DNA from: Atractiella rhizophila
Taxonomy: Eukaryota
Assembly (NCBI GenBank): GCA_021432655.1
Contig: MU271234.1
Span: forward strand, 107,086-129,690
Direction of reading: 5' to 3'
DNA length: 22,605 nt
Shown: piece after piece, positions 1 through 10,747 of the stretch
Layout: each line of letters begins with the position of its first letter
Position numbering within the stretch: position 1 is the stretch's first letter
Made by a program: the position numbers and the translations under genes
Notes under the pieces: model-generated
The model's database searches: none
Told to the model about the DNA's origin: nothing
The model's input: the letters and a program-made list of their open reading frames with translations, nothing else

Positions 1-686
1 TATGATGCCATCAAAGCTTTCATGAAGACGTTTGTAGATTCTTATTACACGGACGATGGCATGCTGGTCACAGATATCGAATTGCAAGCCTTTCTCGCTG
101 AAGCCGTACCTGCCCAGATTGTCGATTTTCCAAAAGAGTTGAAGAGTAGAGATGAGCTCGTAGACCTGATGTCTCACTTCGGATACCTTGTCTCAATCCT
201 CCATGGTGTGTTGAACGGGAACGATCCTGTGCATTCCACCGCGACGTAAGCGCCATTCCTCCCCGTTCTCAAAACATTCGCGACGTTGATTCTGATATAT
301 GGATATAAATGTTCAGGCTCCCCCTCCACCCCGCAGCCTTCTACCAACCCCTTCCAACTAAAAAAGGGCTGACAGACGCCGAGTTACTCGCCTTCATGCC
401 TTCACTCTCTCAAAGTTGCGGCCAAATAGTCCTGCTTGGCGCCTTCAACCGCCCTTACTTTGAAGACAGCCCACGCACGTTGAGCGAAATGTTCGACGAC
501 TCTGAGCTCTTGTCAAGGTCGAACGATGCAACGAGAGAGGCAGCGGGAGAGTTTAAGTCCAAGATGTTGGCTTTCAGTGATGTCGTCAGTGTAAGGACAT
601 TTGATGAGAACGGGTTGAGCCAGGGAATGCCTTTCATTTGGAAGGTACTTGATCCTTTGACTGCTGCCTTTTATCTCACTATTTGA
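1..686 (+). CDS. Lipoxygenase, fungal manganese-lipoxygenase type, 3' part only (exons <1-245 and 317-686)
   Basis: The frame from base 1 reads YDAIKAFMKTFVDSYY...LMSHFGYLVSILHGVLNGND, containing the H-x3-N metal-ligand motif. A GT-AG intron at 246-316 joins it in frame to ...TLPLHPAAFYQPLP...RTFDENGLSQGMPFIWKVLDPLTAAFYLTI*. The terminal Ile and the GLSQGMPFIW..LDP..FYL tail match my recollection of fungal Mn-LOX C-termini. Confidence 0.88.
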
Positions 687-932
687 GCACTTACTCCCTT
701 CGACTTGGGTCACTCAAGTTCTACCCGGTGTGTTTATAGAGTCCGTCCTTACTTAGTTGAAATGATGAATGTAGAGCAAATGATAGGTGGTCTGCGAGAC
801 GACCTGCGTCACTTCGCAACTGGAAAGTGCGTCAGATGAATCCATCCTAAATCCCTGCTTAACAGTATAATTGTGTTGTCTACTACTCACTGAAGCTTGT
901 CGCTCCAGACATTCCAATCACCAATGAGGTCA

Positions 933-3039
933 TTACCACTTTACGTCAAAAGAGCCGAATTTGACAGTCTTCATCCACTTCCACACATAAGTAGAAACTC
1001 CTTCAGGATGCTCGCTAATGTCGTCCCATCCCAAATAGTCGCATAGTTCCCAAGTCATGTGCAAAGAATCAGGAGTGCCCAGGACTTCAAGATCCCATGC
1101 AAGATCCTTTGAGTTTAAAGCGCTGTCGTCCATGAAAATGCCACAGTTCGACATTCCAAAATCCAGAAAAACAGGATTGGGCACTCCCGATCCATCGCTA
1201 TGGCAGATGATTTGATCTGGTCGCTGGTCAATGTCGGTGTGATTCACGCCTAGCAGCAACACGGCACCAATCATCGTCATCGCGTTGATGTACTAACAAA
1301 ATCAGCGAACGACAACTACGAATAAAAATACTCACAAATGCCCGCTGATCATCGGCTGAAAGTGATTTCAGACCTGCTTTGTCTATATGAGGACCTTCCA
1401 CAAACTCTAGCAGGTGTGCTGGTGCCACCGTTCCATCCGACAGCCGTACCTGTCCCACTTCAGTTCCGAGGCAACCCACTAAACTCACCTCGTAGAAACC
1501 ATAAGACCTTGAGATAGCTGACCCTTGAAGCAGTTGCAAAGAGGTATAAGCAGATTGCTCCCGTATCAAGCAATCCTGCGCGTCAGGCCAACGGCGAATG
1601 CGTTTCGAAGCTTCCTCCCCCGCTCCGTTCCAGGCCGGAAACGGGTACAATCGCTCCTCATAAATCTTCAGGACAAGACAGGTACCGCTGAGTTCTCTGC
1701 CAGGGATTGTAACTTCGTAAACCTGGCCCCACAGTTGTGGCCCAGACCTGAGCGAACGAAGAAGCTGTATGGATTCGCCGATTTTGAGATCAATGGCTGG
1801 CAGGGAAGATCGTTGCTTCGACATGGCGTGAAGCATGATGTTCTGTCGGAAAAGCACAAGAGGATCAGTGGTGTGCTGAGAATCAGTGTAGGGCTAGTGG
1901 ACGTGGACTCCGTAACCTTGAGAATAGACACAACCGGCAGATCCTCTCCAGGTAATCGCAAATCATCAAGCCACAACTTCCCTTCCTGCAAGCGAGCGTG
2001 ATGCCATGATATAATGGCTTGTTGGAAAGTATAGCCGGCAGCCTGAACGTCAAATAAATCAAATTCGGATGATTTGGAGATGGCCGTCAAATCAGTTTGT
2101 AGCCCAGCCGAAGGATCTCTTCGACATCCCGAAACAGCTAAGTGCGGGAAAAGTGGCAGTCCAGTGCGGCAGGAGTACTGCCCGAGACATGAATTTTTGG
2201 TAAAAAGCTCACAAAGCAAGGCCATGAGAGGCAGATAAGGCTCCTGCAAATGAAACGCATAACGTATCGTGTAGTTCAGTCGGAGTGTAACGGATGAGTG
2301 CATGTCGCAAAGAACAGCCGTCGATTCCAATGGCTCGGAAGCCATGATATCTGCGAGAACACTTAGGTATTGTCCTGAAACTGTGTTGCCCAAGTCGTCG
2401 AAATCTGTCTTGTTAAACTCTGCCCAATCCTGCTCACAAAGCACTCCATGAGGCTGCAATGACGGGATCAGCTGCCTAACTCTCCGGGCAAAATGAGCTC
2501 ACCAGAAGCACGATTGTCATCATACATCTATCTTCACGAAGTATGCGTACAACCTGCAACGCAGGAGCAGATGGTGCAGAAGCTGGTGATCTGTCAATCT
2601 GGATTTGAACTGGCCCTAGACACTGAGAAGGGTGAATGTATGGGAGAAGATGACGTAGGTCGTCGATGAATGCGGCCCCTTGGTCCGAAGCAGCACTGCC
2701 CCAAATCAAAGCGCAACAGTGATTTAGAGGCAGCAACAGTAACGAGACTAACGCCAAGCCTGTTACTGTGATTTGGTCATGAAATGGCGCGAAATCGAAG
2801 TGTCGCAATGCTTCGAGTTCACCCTTGAGGTGATCCTTGTAAGCGACGTCGAAAAATCTGCCAGTGTCTCGGGAAGGAAGGTTGAAGTCTTCGCTTTTGA
2901 CCCTATACCACAGACGTAAGAGAGATTGATCTCTTGCGCCGGAAGGGGGCAATGCCGAATTGATATGGAATGCAGGCGACCTCATCTGCTCCACCGAAGG
3001 ATCCGGTTTGAGAAATCCTTGAAGGCGTAGATTACGCAT
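933..3039 (-). pseudogene. Atypical protein-kinase-like gene, paralogue 1, frameshifted (probable pseudogene)
   Basis: Same exon layout as 12659-14790 (introns at 1293-1335, 1450-1488 and two upstream). Kinase-like motifs are LVLKIY, REQSAY, HLLEFV, HTDIDQRPDQ and LDFG. A 2-nt insertion near 1872-1875 (CTC AGC ACA CCA CTG vs CTC AGT ACC TCC GAT in paralogue 2) splits the big exon into ORFs 1668-2459 and 1228-1857. Confidence 0.75.
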
Positions 3040-3256
3040 GGTCCGCTCGACTTCCTGAGGAAATATTGTATAAGGTCAACGATGGTAGATAGCTATGTGA
3101 AGAATCTTCACCCGTATGAGGTTTTATGGATACAGAGTGGAAAGGACAACCAGGGCAGTCCTGCACCTGTTTCAAACAAGTGCAACCGAGGGAGAGAAGG
3201 AAATCGTCAAATCTTTCATGTCATGCTTCGTGAAGGCTCCGTTTTTTGTGTAAACA

Positions 3257-3520
3257 TCAGATGACAGATTGAGAGTCTACCAGGGCCTTTGACATATGGA
3301 TGTCCCAGGCAAAAAGAGTCTCAAATTTATCATGCCGCAGGTCCTCATTTACACTAAATGGTACGGAACGGACTACATTCACCTCGCTGACCCACAAAAT
3401 CAATCTTGTGATGCAGATTCCAGCTCTAACATGCATCGAATCGGCGTCTGTGAAGGCGAATGAGCTGTGCATGGCTGTTACATTTTGTGTCCTGTTAGGC
3501 ATGAAAGCCCTTGGGCTCAA
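3257..3520 (-). pseudogene. Degenerate coding-like block upstream of kinase-like paralogue 1, homologous to about 16141-16430
   Basis: VSEVNVVRSVPFSVNEDLRHDKFETLFAWDIHMSKALVDSQSVI aligns with VSKENVVRSIPFRVSQNLQQGIFETVGGWDAIVPIALVDSQAVI in ORF 16141-16329. Both lie in the same orientation upstream of each kinase-like copy. Confidence 0.55.
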
Positions 3521-4699
3521 TCACAGAGGCTGCGTAAGAAAGAAAATCTGAGGATGCGACGATGGAGAGTCACAGGCGACGGAGCACAGGTCGGGAAGTA
3601 AGGAGTCATCAAGACGGAAAGAGCTATGAAGTAAATGTATCTTTGGGATAGCTGCAACTTGTCAAACTTGAACAAATCTGCAACCTGGAGTCATGTTGCA
3701 GAAGAGGTAATCTGTTATATATCATATGTCTCGTAATCTGTGTAAATTGTGACGCTGATGATATGCTGTTGGAAAGTACAAAATGGATCGAGATGAAAGC
3801 TTACTACGACATATTGTCCTGGAACTGGCAGCTTGACCTTCTTGGAAAACATCATATGCATCATTTAATTTTAAGGCAACAACTTGAGACGAAACGTTGA
3901 GGTTTATTTGGTTGTTCGGCTTTCAAAGTTGGCGGGTTTCAAGTAGCTTCGCTATCCGTATTGTGTGAGACTCTACTACAAAAGCGGGTTCCCTTAGCTC
4001 AACTAGAGCGAGAATTAAAATGCTCAATCAATTATTGAGAACTTAAACGAAAGAGAGACAAGGAACTTATGCCAGTCGCACTGAAGTGTGGGGCTGCTTA
4101 TCAAGCTATTTGGCCTCAGAACTCAGAGAGCACTTCTTACAGAGACGCCTCTAAGGCCGGTGGAATTTACCTCGATTCTTATGAGCGCTTTCTAATGTGA
4201 GAGCGGTAAAATGGTGAGGATACGATGAATTTCCGATTGAAGAGGGAAGGCCACTTTATAGGTTTGAGGAGCGGAGACAAATTGCAAAAGGTAGTGAGAG
4301 ACTCGCAGCACAAACGTAAATAGAAATATTGAGGATTGAGAGAGGACAGGATCAAGGAATGCTCACCTAGGATTGGCGGATCTAGCCTGTCAGCCTCTAG
4401 ATACTGGCTGAAATAATATGCAGCCTCCTGTTCCTTCTACTGCTGTCAATTCTAAGCCCTAGAGCCAAATGGAGAGGTAGGCACGCATGGAACTGGTGGA
4501 CTAGGTTGCGGTTGAGCCTTTCCAAGACAGGCAAACGCCGCTTCCAGAATTGGACAATACTGCATTTTGACAAGCTCACCGCTTCCTGACACTACAGCCG
4601 TAGTTACTTGCCTACGTAACCAAACAGAACTTAGCCAGTCCCAGCAGTGTGAGGTCTTGGAATTAGCTCAGCAGACCAGCAGAGGCAGAGTCGAGCGAA

Positions 4700-7037
4700 A
4701 TGGCAAAGATAAAGCGGCGCGCGTCTCGCCCGCGAAAAGGCGCGTCCTCCTCGACATGCTGCTCGAGTGCTCACCCATTTCCATGCAGTCGCGCTCGTCA
4801 CTGACTTCTTCTATCCCAAGATTGGCAAGTTTCTCATCCCTTGCCTTTCGAACCGCTAAGTGATGCGTTCGAGAACAGGCGGAGTCGAATCGCATGTGTA
4901 CATGCTCTCACAACGCCTCCTTGCGCGCGGATGGAGTGTCGTGGTCATCTCACACCTCTATCCTCCACCTGCTAGCGCTTCAGCTTCAAAACATTCGCAT
5001 CCAAGAGACCAGGCACCCAGAGCGGGTGTCAGGTGGTTGTCTGGCGGTTTAAGGGTGTACTACATTCCATTACAACCGTATGTTTTTGTTCTTTACGGAT
5101 TCTGAATTGTGATGAACACCAGAGGCTGATAGACAATAGGATTCCGCCGGTATCGGCGCACGCCACCCTCCCGCAATACTTCGCTTGTCTCGTCCGTTCC
5201 TTCTCTCCTTGAGTAAAACACGCAACTAAATCTGGAACGCAATCAGCCCCTTATCCGCAACATCCTCCTCCGCGAGCGGCCCCAAATCGTACACACCCAA
5301 GGCGCGCTCACCTCTCTCGGTCTCGAGGCGCTCATGCACGTCCGCACCCTCTGCGCTCTCTCCCGTCCCCCTCCTTCTCCTTCTTCCAAGCAAGCTTCCA
5401 AGCAGAGTTCGAAGGAGGAGGTCGGAGACGAAGGCATACGAATACGCACCGTCTTCACCGACCACTCTTTGTTCGCCTTCGGTGCGGTCGGAGCCATGTT
5501 TGGGAATAAAGTGCTACAAGGGGTGTTGGCGGATACGGACGCTTGTATCGCTGTTTCCCACACTGGGTGCGTCAGGCTTCCTGTCTCTTTCTCTCTCGTT
5601 GTTTCGTTGTTTCGTTGTTTCGTTGTTTCGTTGTTTCGTTGTTTCGTTGTTTCGTTGTTCACTGAGAGGAAGATGCTGACGGATTGAGGAAGGAAAGAAA
5701 ACTTGGTATTACGAGCTGGTCTCAAACCCGAAAACGTATCCGTCATCCCGAACGCTCTCGTTTCTGACCAGTTTCGACCGCATGAGCGATGCGAAGAGAT
5801 GTTCCCGCCTACGGACGGATGGAGTGCGTACACTTTTCTTTCTTCCTTTCTTCCCTTGCTTGTAAGAGTAATGACGACAGGCATGTGGGATACTGAGAGA
5901 CTCGCTGGGATGGGATACAGTCACTATCGTACTATCGTGCTCCTCTCCCGTCTCGTGTACAGGAAAGGAATCGACCTCCTCATCTCCGCCATCCCCAAAC
6001 TCTGCACTCTCGACCCCAAAATCAAGTTCCTGATCGGTTCGTCCCTCCTCCCTCATCCTCCGCCTTTCAGAAGATGTGTTCATCTGCTTACTGCTGGAGG
6101 TAGCCGGAGAGGGACCGAAGACGATCGAGCTCGAACAGATGCGCGAAAAATACCAGTCGGTGCTGGACGGGAGGGTGCAGCTCGTTGGAGCTTTACGGCA
6201 CTCGGACGTTCGAGAGGTGCCTTCCCCTCCCCTCGCAACATATCAAGTGTTTGCTGAGTGCGATGGACGGGACAGACGTTGATCAAGGGCCAAATTTACC
6301 TCCAGACCTCCCTCACGGAGGCTTTTGGGATAGGGATCCTCGAAGCCGCCTCCTGCGGCCTTTATGTCGTCGCTACCCGAGTGGGAGGCGTGCCTGAAGT
6401 CCTCCCTGACGATGGGACGATGGCGACGTGGTGCGAGGTGGACGTAGACGGTCCGTATTTCACTTCCTCCTTTTGTCGCTTCGTCGTCAGTTCACCAAAT
6501 CCTTACGCGTGTTTCGGTGTGGGGGCAGACGTGGTTCGTTGTGTGGTGCAGGCTGTGCGGCGCGTGAGGGAGGGAAAACATGTGCCATGGAAGAGCCATG
6601 AGAGGGTGAGGGGAATGTATGATTGGGACGAAGTGGCGAGGAGGACGGAGAAGGTGTACGAGGATGCGTGGGCGATGGACGATGTCGAGGTCGAGGAGAG
6701 GTTGAGGAGGTTCGTCGCTTCGCCTTCTAATTTCAATATATTTCCCTCTGGCTTGTTGGATGAGATGAATTGATAAATAGGTATCATGCATGCGGAGTGT
6801 ATTTCGGAAAAGTCCTATGCATCATCCTCATCGTTCAATGGTGGTGTTTTCTTCTCCTAGACTGGTGGAATCCGAGAGAGGAGATCGATTTAGCGGGAGA
6901 CTTGGACGTCGGGAAATTGGCTGAGGTATGTTTTTGACTTGACCATTCTGCGGAACTGAGAGAAATGGATGCAAAAGATTGTTGAAGAGGCGGCAACTGC
7001 CGCGGAAAGGAAAGATGACATCAATACGGAGCGCTAA
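4700..7037 (+). CDS. GPI3: GPI-GlcNAc transferase catalytic subunit (GPI3/SPT14/PIG-A, glycosyltransferase family 4). Exons 4700-4739, 4789-4824, 4879-5077, 5140-5191, 5247-5566, 5693-5823, 5921-6036, 6104-6216, 6276-6450, 6529-6709, 6781-6925, 6978-7037. Frame disrupted at 5923-5938
   Basis: The spliced translation gives [112 protein letters not shown] and a C-terminal hydrophobic segment [37 protein letters not shown]. These are all PIG-A hallmarks. Confidence 0.93.
5596..5659 (+). repeat. Perfect 8-bp tandem repeat (TCGTTGTT)8 inside GPI3 intron 5
   Basis: Eight exact units read directly; they lie within intron 5567-5692. Confidence 0.97.
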
Positions 7038-7315
7038 TGTTGCAAAAAATTGCACCGTCGCATTGTTTTGCATTCCAAGTAGATATCTATCATGCATTAG
7101 AAAGATGACATCAATACGGAGCGCTAATGTTGCAAAAAATTGCACCGTCGCATTGTTTTGCATTCCAAGTAGATATCTATCATGCATTGCATTTTAATAG
7201 TTACTCCATGGCATGACCGGACTCAGAATCCTAGCTACCTTCCTCCCATTGGTTAATATGTGTAGGTCGCACGAAAGATTCGGATGTCTAGTAAATGGTT
7301 ATCAATCTCAAGGGA
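6739..7315 (+). repeat. Direct repeat copy A (GPI3 last two exons plus 3' flank), partner of 12006-12485
   Basis: Colinear high similarity from TATTTCCCTCTGG through CTCAAGGGA, with scattered substitutions. Confidence 0.95.
7010..7188 (+). repeat. Exact 89-bp tandem duplication (7010-7098 and 7100-7188, 1-nt spacer) spanning the GPI3 stop codon
   Basis: GAAAGATGAC...ATCATGCATT occurs twice with a 90-nt period. Only one unit is present in the partner copy near 12269-12357. Confidence 0.97.
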
Positions 7316-8006
7316 CGGCATCCGGAACGCAAGACAGTAGTATCATTGATCTCCAACAGACCTGCCAGAACAACGCGACCATCTTTCGTGTTCGTCTTTC
7401 TACTCTGGGAAACTGGCATGATGGCTCACACTCTCCACAGTGAATTTACTTTGCTACTGTGACAAACATTGTTATTGCTTCTATTCGTCTTCTTGAACTC
7501 GTTCTTGAATTTCTATTGCCTGTCTAAATTCAAATTCCGATTACGTCGACTACTGTAAAGGATCGAAAGCTCAGAGTTTGCTGAGATGAAATGCTGAGTG
7601 TGTCGTAAAACTGATGGCTCTCGGCCTGATTTTCAGACACAGAAACCTAAAATAAAAGAAGTTTTGGACAAAAGGGCATAATAACCGTTGGCGTTCCAAA
7701 GGTTCATTGTGAGCTCAATCCATCTAACTTTTTTGGGGGATCAATGAAGGCACGATGTTAGGAAGCATAATACATTTGAGACACAAAAACCGAATTACTT
7801 GCAAAGTGTGAGGTCATGGAGTAAGAAAGCTATGTAATTTTGAACAGGCGAATAGGCAGGAATAGGGTCACAAGAGCGAATGTATCTCAGAAGAGAAGCC
7901 CAGTATTACTGTGCGATAAAGAATGTCGGCAAAATAGAACATACTCGACAAAAGGAAACATTCTGACAAGAAACTGCGAAAACAGCGTCCAGCCCATTAT
8001 TGGATC

Positions 8007-8557
8007 TCACAACCCTTCTCCCTTCCTCTTGAACCAATCGACAATCATCTTGACCTTGGGAACCGTGTCATTCTCTAACGTCTCGATTCGCTTCTTGTGG
8101 TCATCCCGATCTGCCAACAGAATTGCTAATTGCTGGTCCAATTTGCTTATTTGAAGCATCTGGGCCATGCCTTGCGCTTCAAGGATGGCGATTTTGTTGT
8201 TCTGGATATGACATAGCTTGTCGACGTTTGCCTGTCGCATGGACTCGTTTTCCTTTCGCATAAACTCGTTTTCCCTTCGCCTAAACTCGTTTTCCCTTCG
8301 CATAAACTCGTTTTCTCTTTCCAAGACTCCTACTCGAGCAGCCAGATTGGACCACTATTCTTCTCATCAGCCAAATCAAGAATGAAGGGTGTCGCAAACC
8401 TCACCTCATTGAATGCTGTCGGTGGTGCTGAAGACTGCACTGACACGTTCAGCTGTTCTGAGGAGGATTGAGGGGATGATGTGCGAGAAGCTGCGGAAGC
8501 TGAAGAGGTATCGAAACCCTGGCCACTCTGACCACAAATAAATGCCGCTGAATGCAA
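8007..8557 (-). CDS. 3' exons of an unknown gene: Ser-rich segment plus coiled-coil-like tail (intron 8355-8404); 5' part appears decayed
   Basis: A GT-AG intron with a GCTGAT branch site joins ...PPTAFNE to WSNLAARVGVLERENEFMRRENEFRRRENEFMRKENESM...GEGL* in frame. About 3.5 copies of a 21-bp unit at 8243-8320 encode the 7-aa repeat. Confidence 0.5.
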
Positions 8558-8759
8558 TCTCTATCACGGTAAATGGCTTACTCTGATTTGTCTAAGACTC
8601 GAGGTTTCCGGTTGAACGTCAACCTCGAGTGTGCTGGCGGATCGTTCTTCCCGTCGTTCCACAAACGTGCAGCAGGGAGTGGCTAAAGAACGGTCAAACC
8701 CAGGAATGCACAGTGCTAAAACCTACGTCGGCGTAGCGTGTTATCAACCCCTGTCATCA

Positions 8760-9060
8760 TGGATGGTGGGAGGCTTGTTTCGCGTCAGAAATGGATGTAA
8801 GGTGCCGTGCCAGTGGCGGAGTCGGTTCAAACTCCGTGTGTGATGAAGATGAAAGAGTGTTGGATGGCGTTTCGAGTTCGGTAGTCACTGTTGGATGCCG
8901 GGGAAATTGGTGTTGGATAAGAGCTCAAGCTTTCACGTTGCTTGCTGTGGAAGAAGCTGGTTGGTTGAGGTTGGCAGTAGGCAAAACGGTTTGTAGGTCG
9001 TGGTTCATCATCACCATCGATGCATCACTTCCACCAGTCAGCCTTCTCTTCTGGAACAAT
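8760..9060 (-). pseudogene. Ser/Thr/Pro-rich reading frame with one in-frame TGA, abutting the 9061 insertion; likely part of the same decayed gene
   Basis: About 100 codons (IVPEEKADWWK*CIDGDDEPRPTNRF...SHHP) with a single internal stop, and an open Ser/Val-rich antisense shadow ORF at 8791-9072. Confidence 0.35.
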
Positions 9061-10747
9061 CCCCTGAAATAACGCACTTCCTTTAGTTAGCGGCCTCGTA
9101 GTGTTGACTTAGGGGTCGCGGCTCGAGTGGCTTAAATCTTGGCCAAAATAACCGTAACACCACTCGAACACCATCCAACAACGTCAAATCGGCGCTACTT
9201 GAGCTTATAAATTACGTTGGATAGTGGTAAAGTAGTGTTAGGATAGTGTACCCTATTTCGTTCAATGGTCTTTGGATAGGGTATTTATGGTGTTCTTGTT
9301 TCGTTCCGCTTTCGTCCATTTACCGTTCTCTAGGTTTGGAATTTCTTTAGGTAGCGTTTGCCTTTGGGTCAAATAGTGTTATTATTTTGAAAGTAATCGT
9401 ATTACTGCATATTCTTATATCTCACTGCCTCCCCATTCCTCTCCCACCGCTCGTTATTGGTAAGGACAACCCAAGCTCTTCTCCAGGTTCCACTGCTTCC
9501 AATCCTCCCCTCACCGACACCAAAAAACTTGGCAAAAGTCGAATAGACGAGTCGCTTTGAAGGCTCCTATCGATGGCTTGAAGCAAGTCTCGCCGGGTAA
9601 AAGCTGGATTTCAGTATAGCGAACTTGGAGAAGGTGTAGAATAACAAGGACGACCGCGTTGCAGCGAGAAGTGGTCGATGGGAGAGGTGGGAGAAGGAAG
9701 AGGGAAGGGCGGGAGAGGACGCCAAGTGGCGAGGTGGCTTCTAATCGTTCCTTCCTTCGGCGAGTTCCTTGCGATGCAGCCCCTATAAGACAAATCGAGG
9801 CGAAAGGGAGCAATCAGCCACAGTGCTTGAATGCTGGAGATGAGGAAAGACGGGGATCTACGGACCCAAACAAACTATTAGCTCTACTAACTGAAAAGAG
9901 AGAAGAGAAAACAGGATAGAAAGCGGGGGAAACCACATACCTTGCGTGGCCCAGGCACAAGGAGATCAGTTTGAGGATGTAAGAGGAAGGAAATGAAACA
10001 CTTACAAGTCACGATACGTCGACTCATTCGGATAAGAAGGCTTGACAGGGCAAATTGCTGGGTTAAACAGCGAACGGGGATCAGAATGCGTCTGACTGGT
10101 TAAGGAGCAGCCGCTTACCTTTGCATGCGGCAAGACGAACCAAGGTATTATTGGTTTCCTAGTAGCATCCCCTTCTAAAGTCCAATCACTCTGAAAACAA
10201 ACTTTTCTGACTTGGTGTAACCATCACGTCGATTCAGACCCACTTCATCCCGTGTATAGCCACCCAAAGAGAATCATATCCAAATTTGGTGTCAAAATAT
10301 CGCGTTTCGACGAAATTGAGGTGTGCACAAAGTCACGTCGATGAGGCCAGCAGAATGCGAAACATGCAAAGGAGCTTGTTTCGAACGGCGCTGCCATCCC
10401 AATTTAGTTGATAGGTATCTGAGTCTGTGGGAGAGTTTGACGCGTCGATCGTGAACTTGAGGAGCGAAATTGTCGACTTTGTCGTTTTGGACCTGGTGGT
10501 CAGATGCGAGATAATCATTTTTAGCCTTTCTAGGAGTGACTCATGGTGCGGCTTATATTTGTGCATTGTGCAAGAGCTTTTATGTTCGTTTCTGTTTTTA
10601 ATTCAATATTGAGGATTTCGATTTCGATTCGACATTTCCCTCAACACTATCCTAACACCATGCAAGCACCAACCCATAAGCCCACCCTATCCTAACACCA
10701 CGACCACCAGCGAAACACTATTCCGTAACATCGCTTTTTGCCAGGGG
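9061..10747. mobile_element. Candidate non-autonomous DNA transposon with short terminal and subterminal inverted repeats
   Basis: Ends are CCCCTG (9061) and CAGGGG (10742-10747). A 15-bp perfect inverted pair lies at GTGTTAGGATAGTGT (9235-9249) and ACACTATCCTAACAC (10644-10658), with further variants at 9217, 9272 and 10687. No transposase ORF and no clear target-site duplication. Confidence 0.5.

Noticed and set aside
4585..4602. SRP RNA start (GGCTGTAGTG on the minus strand resembles the fungal Alu motif)
   Set aside because: No recognisable helix-8 signature follows downstream.
5243..5884. Minus-strand 213-aa ORF with NNETTKQR repeats
   Set aside because: It is an antisense shadow of GPI3; the peptide repeat comes from the intronic 8-bp repeat.
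6828..7187. Repeated minus-strand ORF MHDRYLLGMQ... (also 12087-12356)
   Set aside because: It is antisense to the GPI3 last exons and 3' UTR; its repetition is explained by the DNA duplications.
5596..8320. CRISPR-like arrays
   Set aside because: The repeats are contiguous tandem units without unique spacers, and the DNA is eukaryotic.
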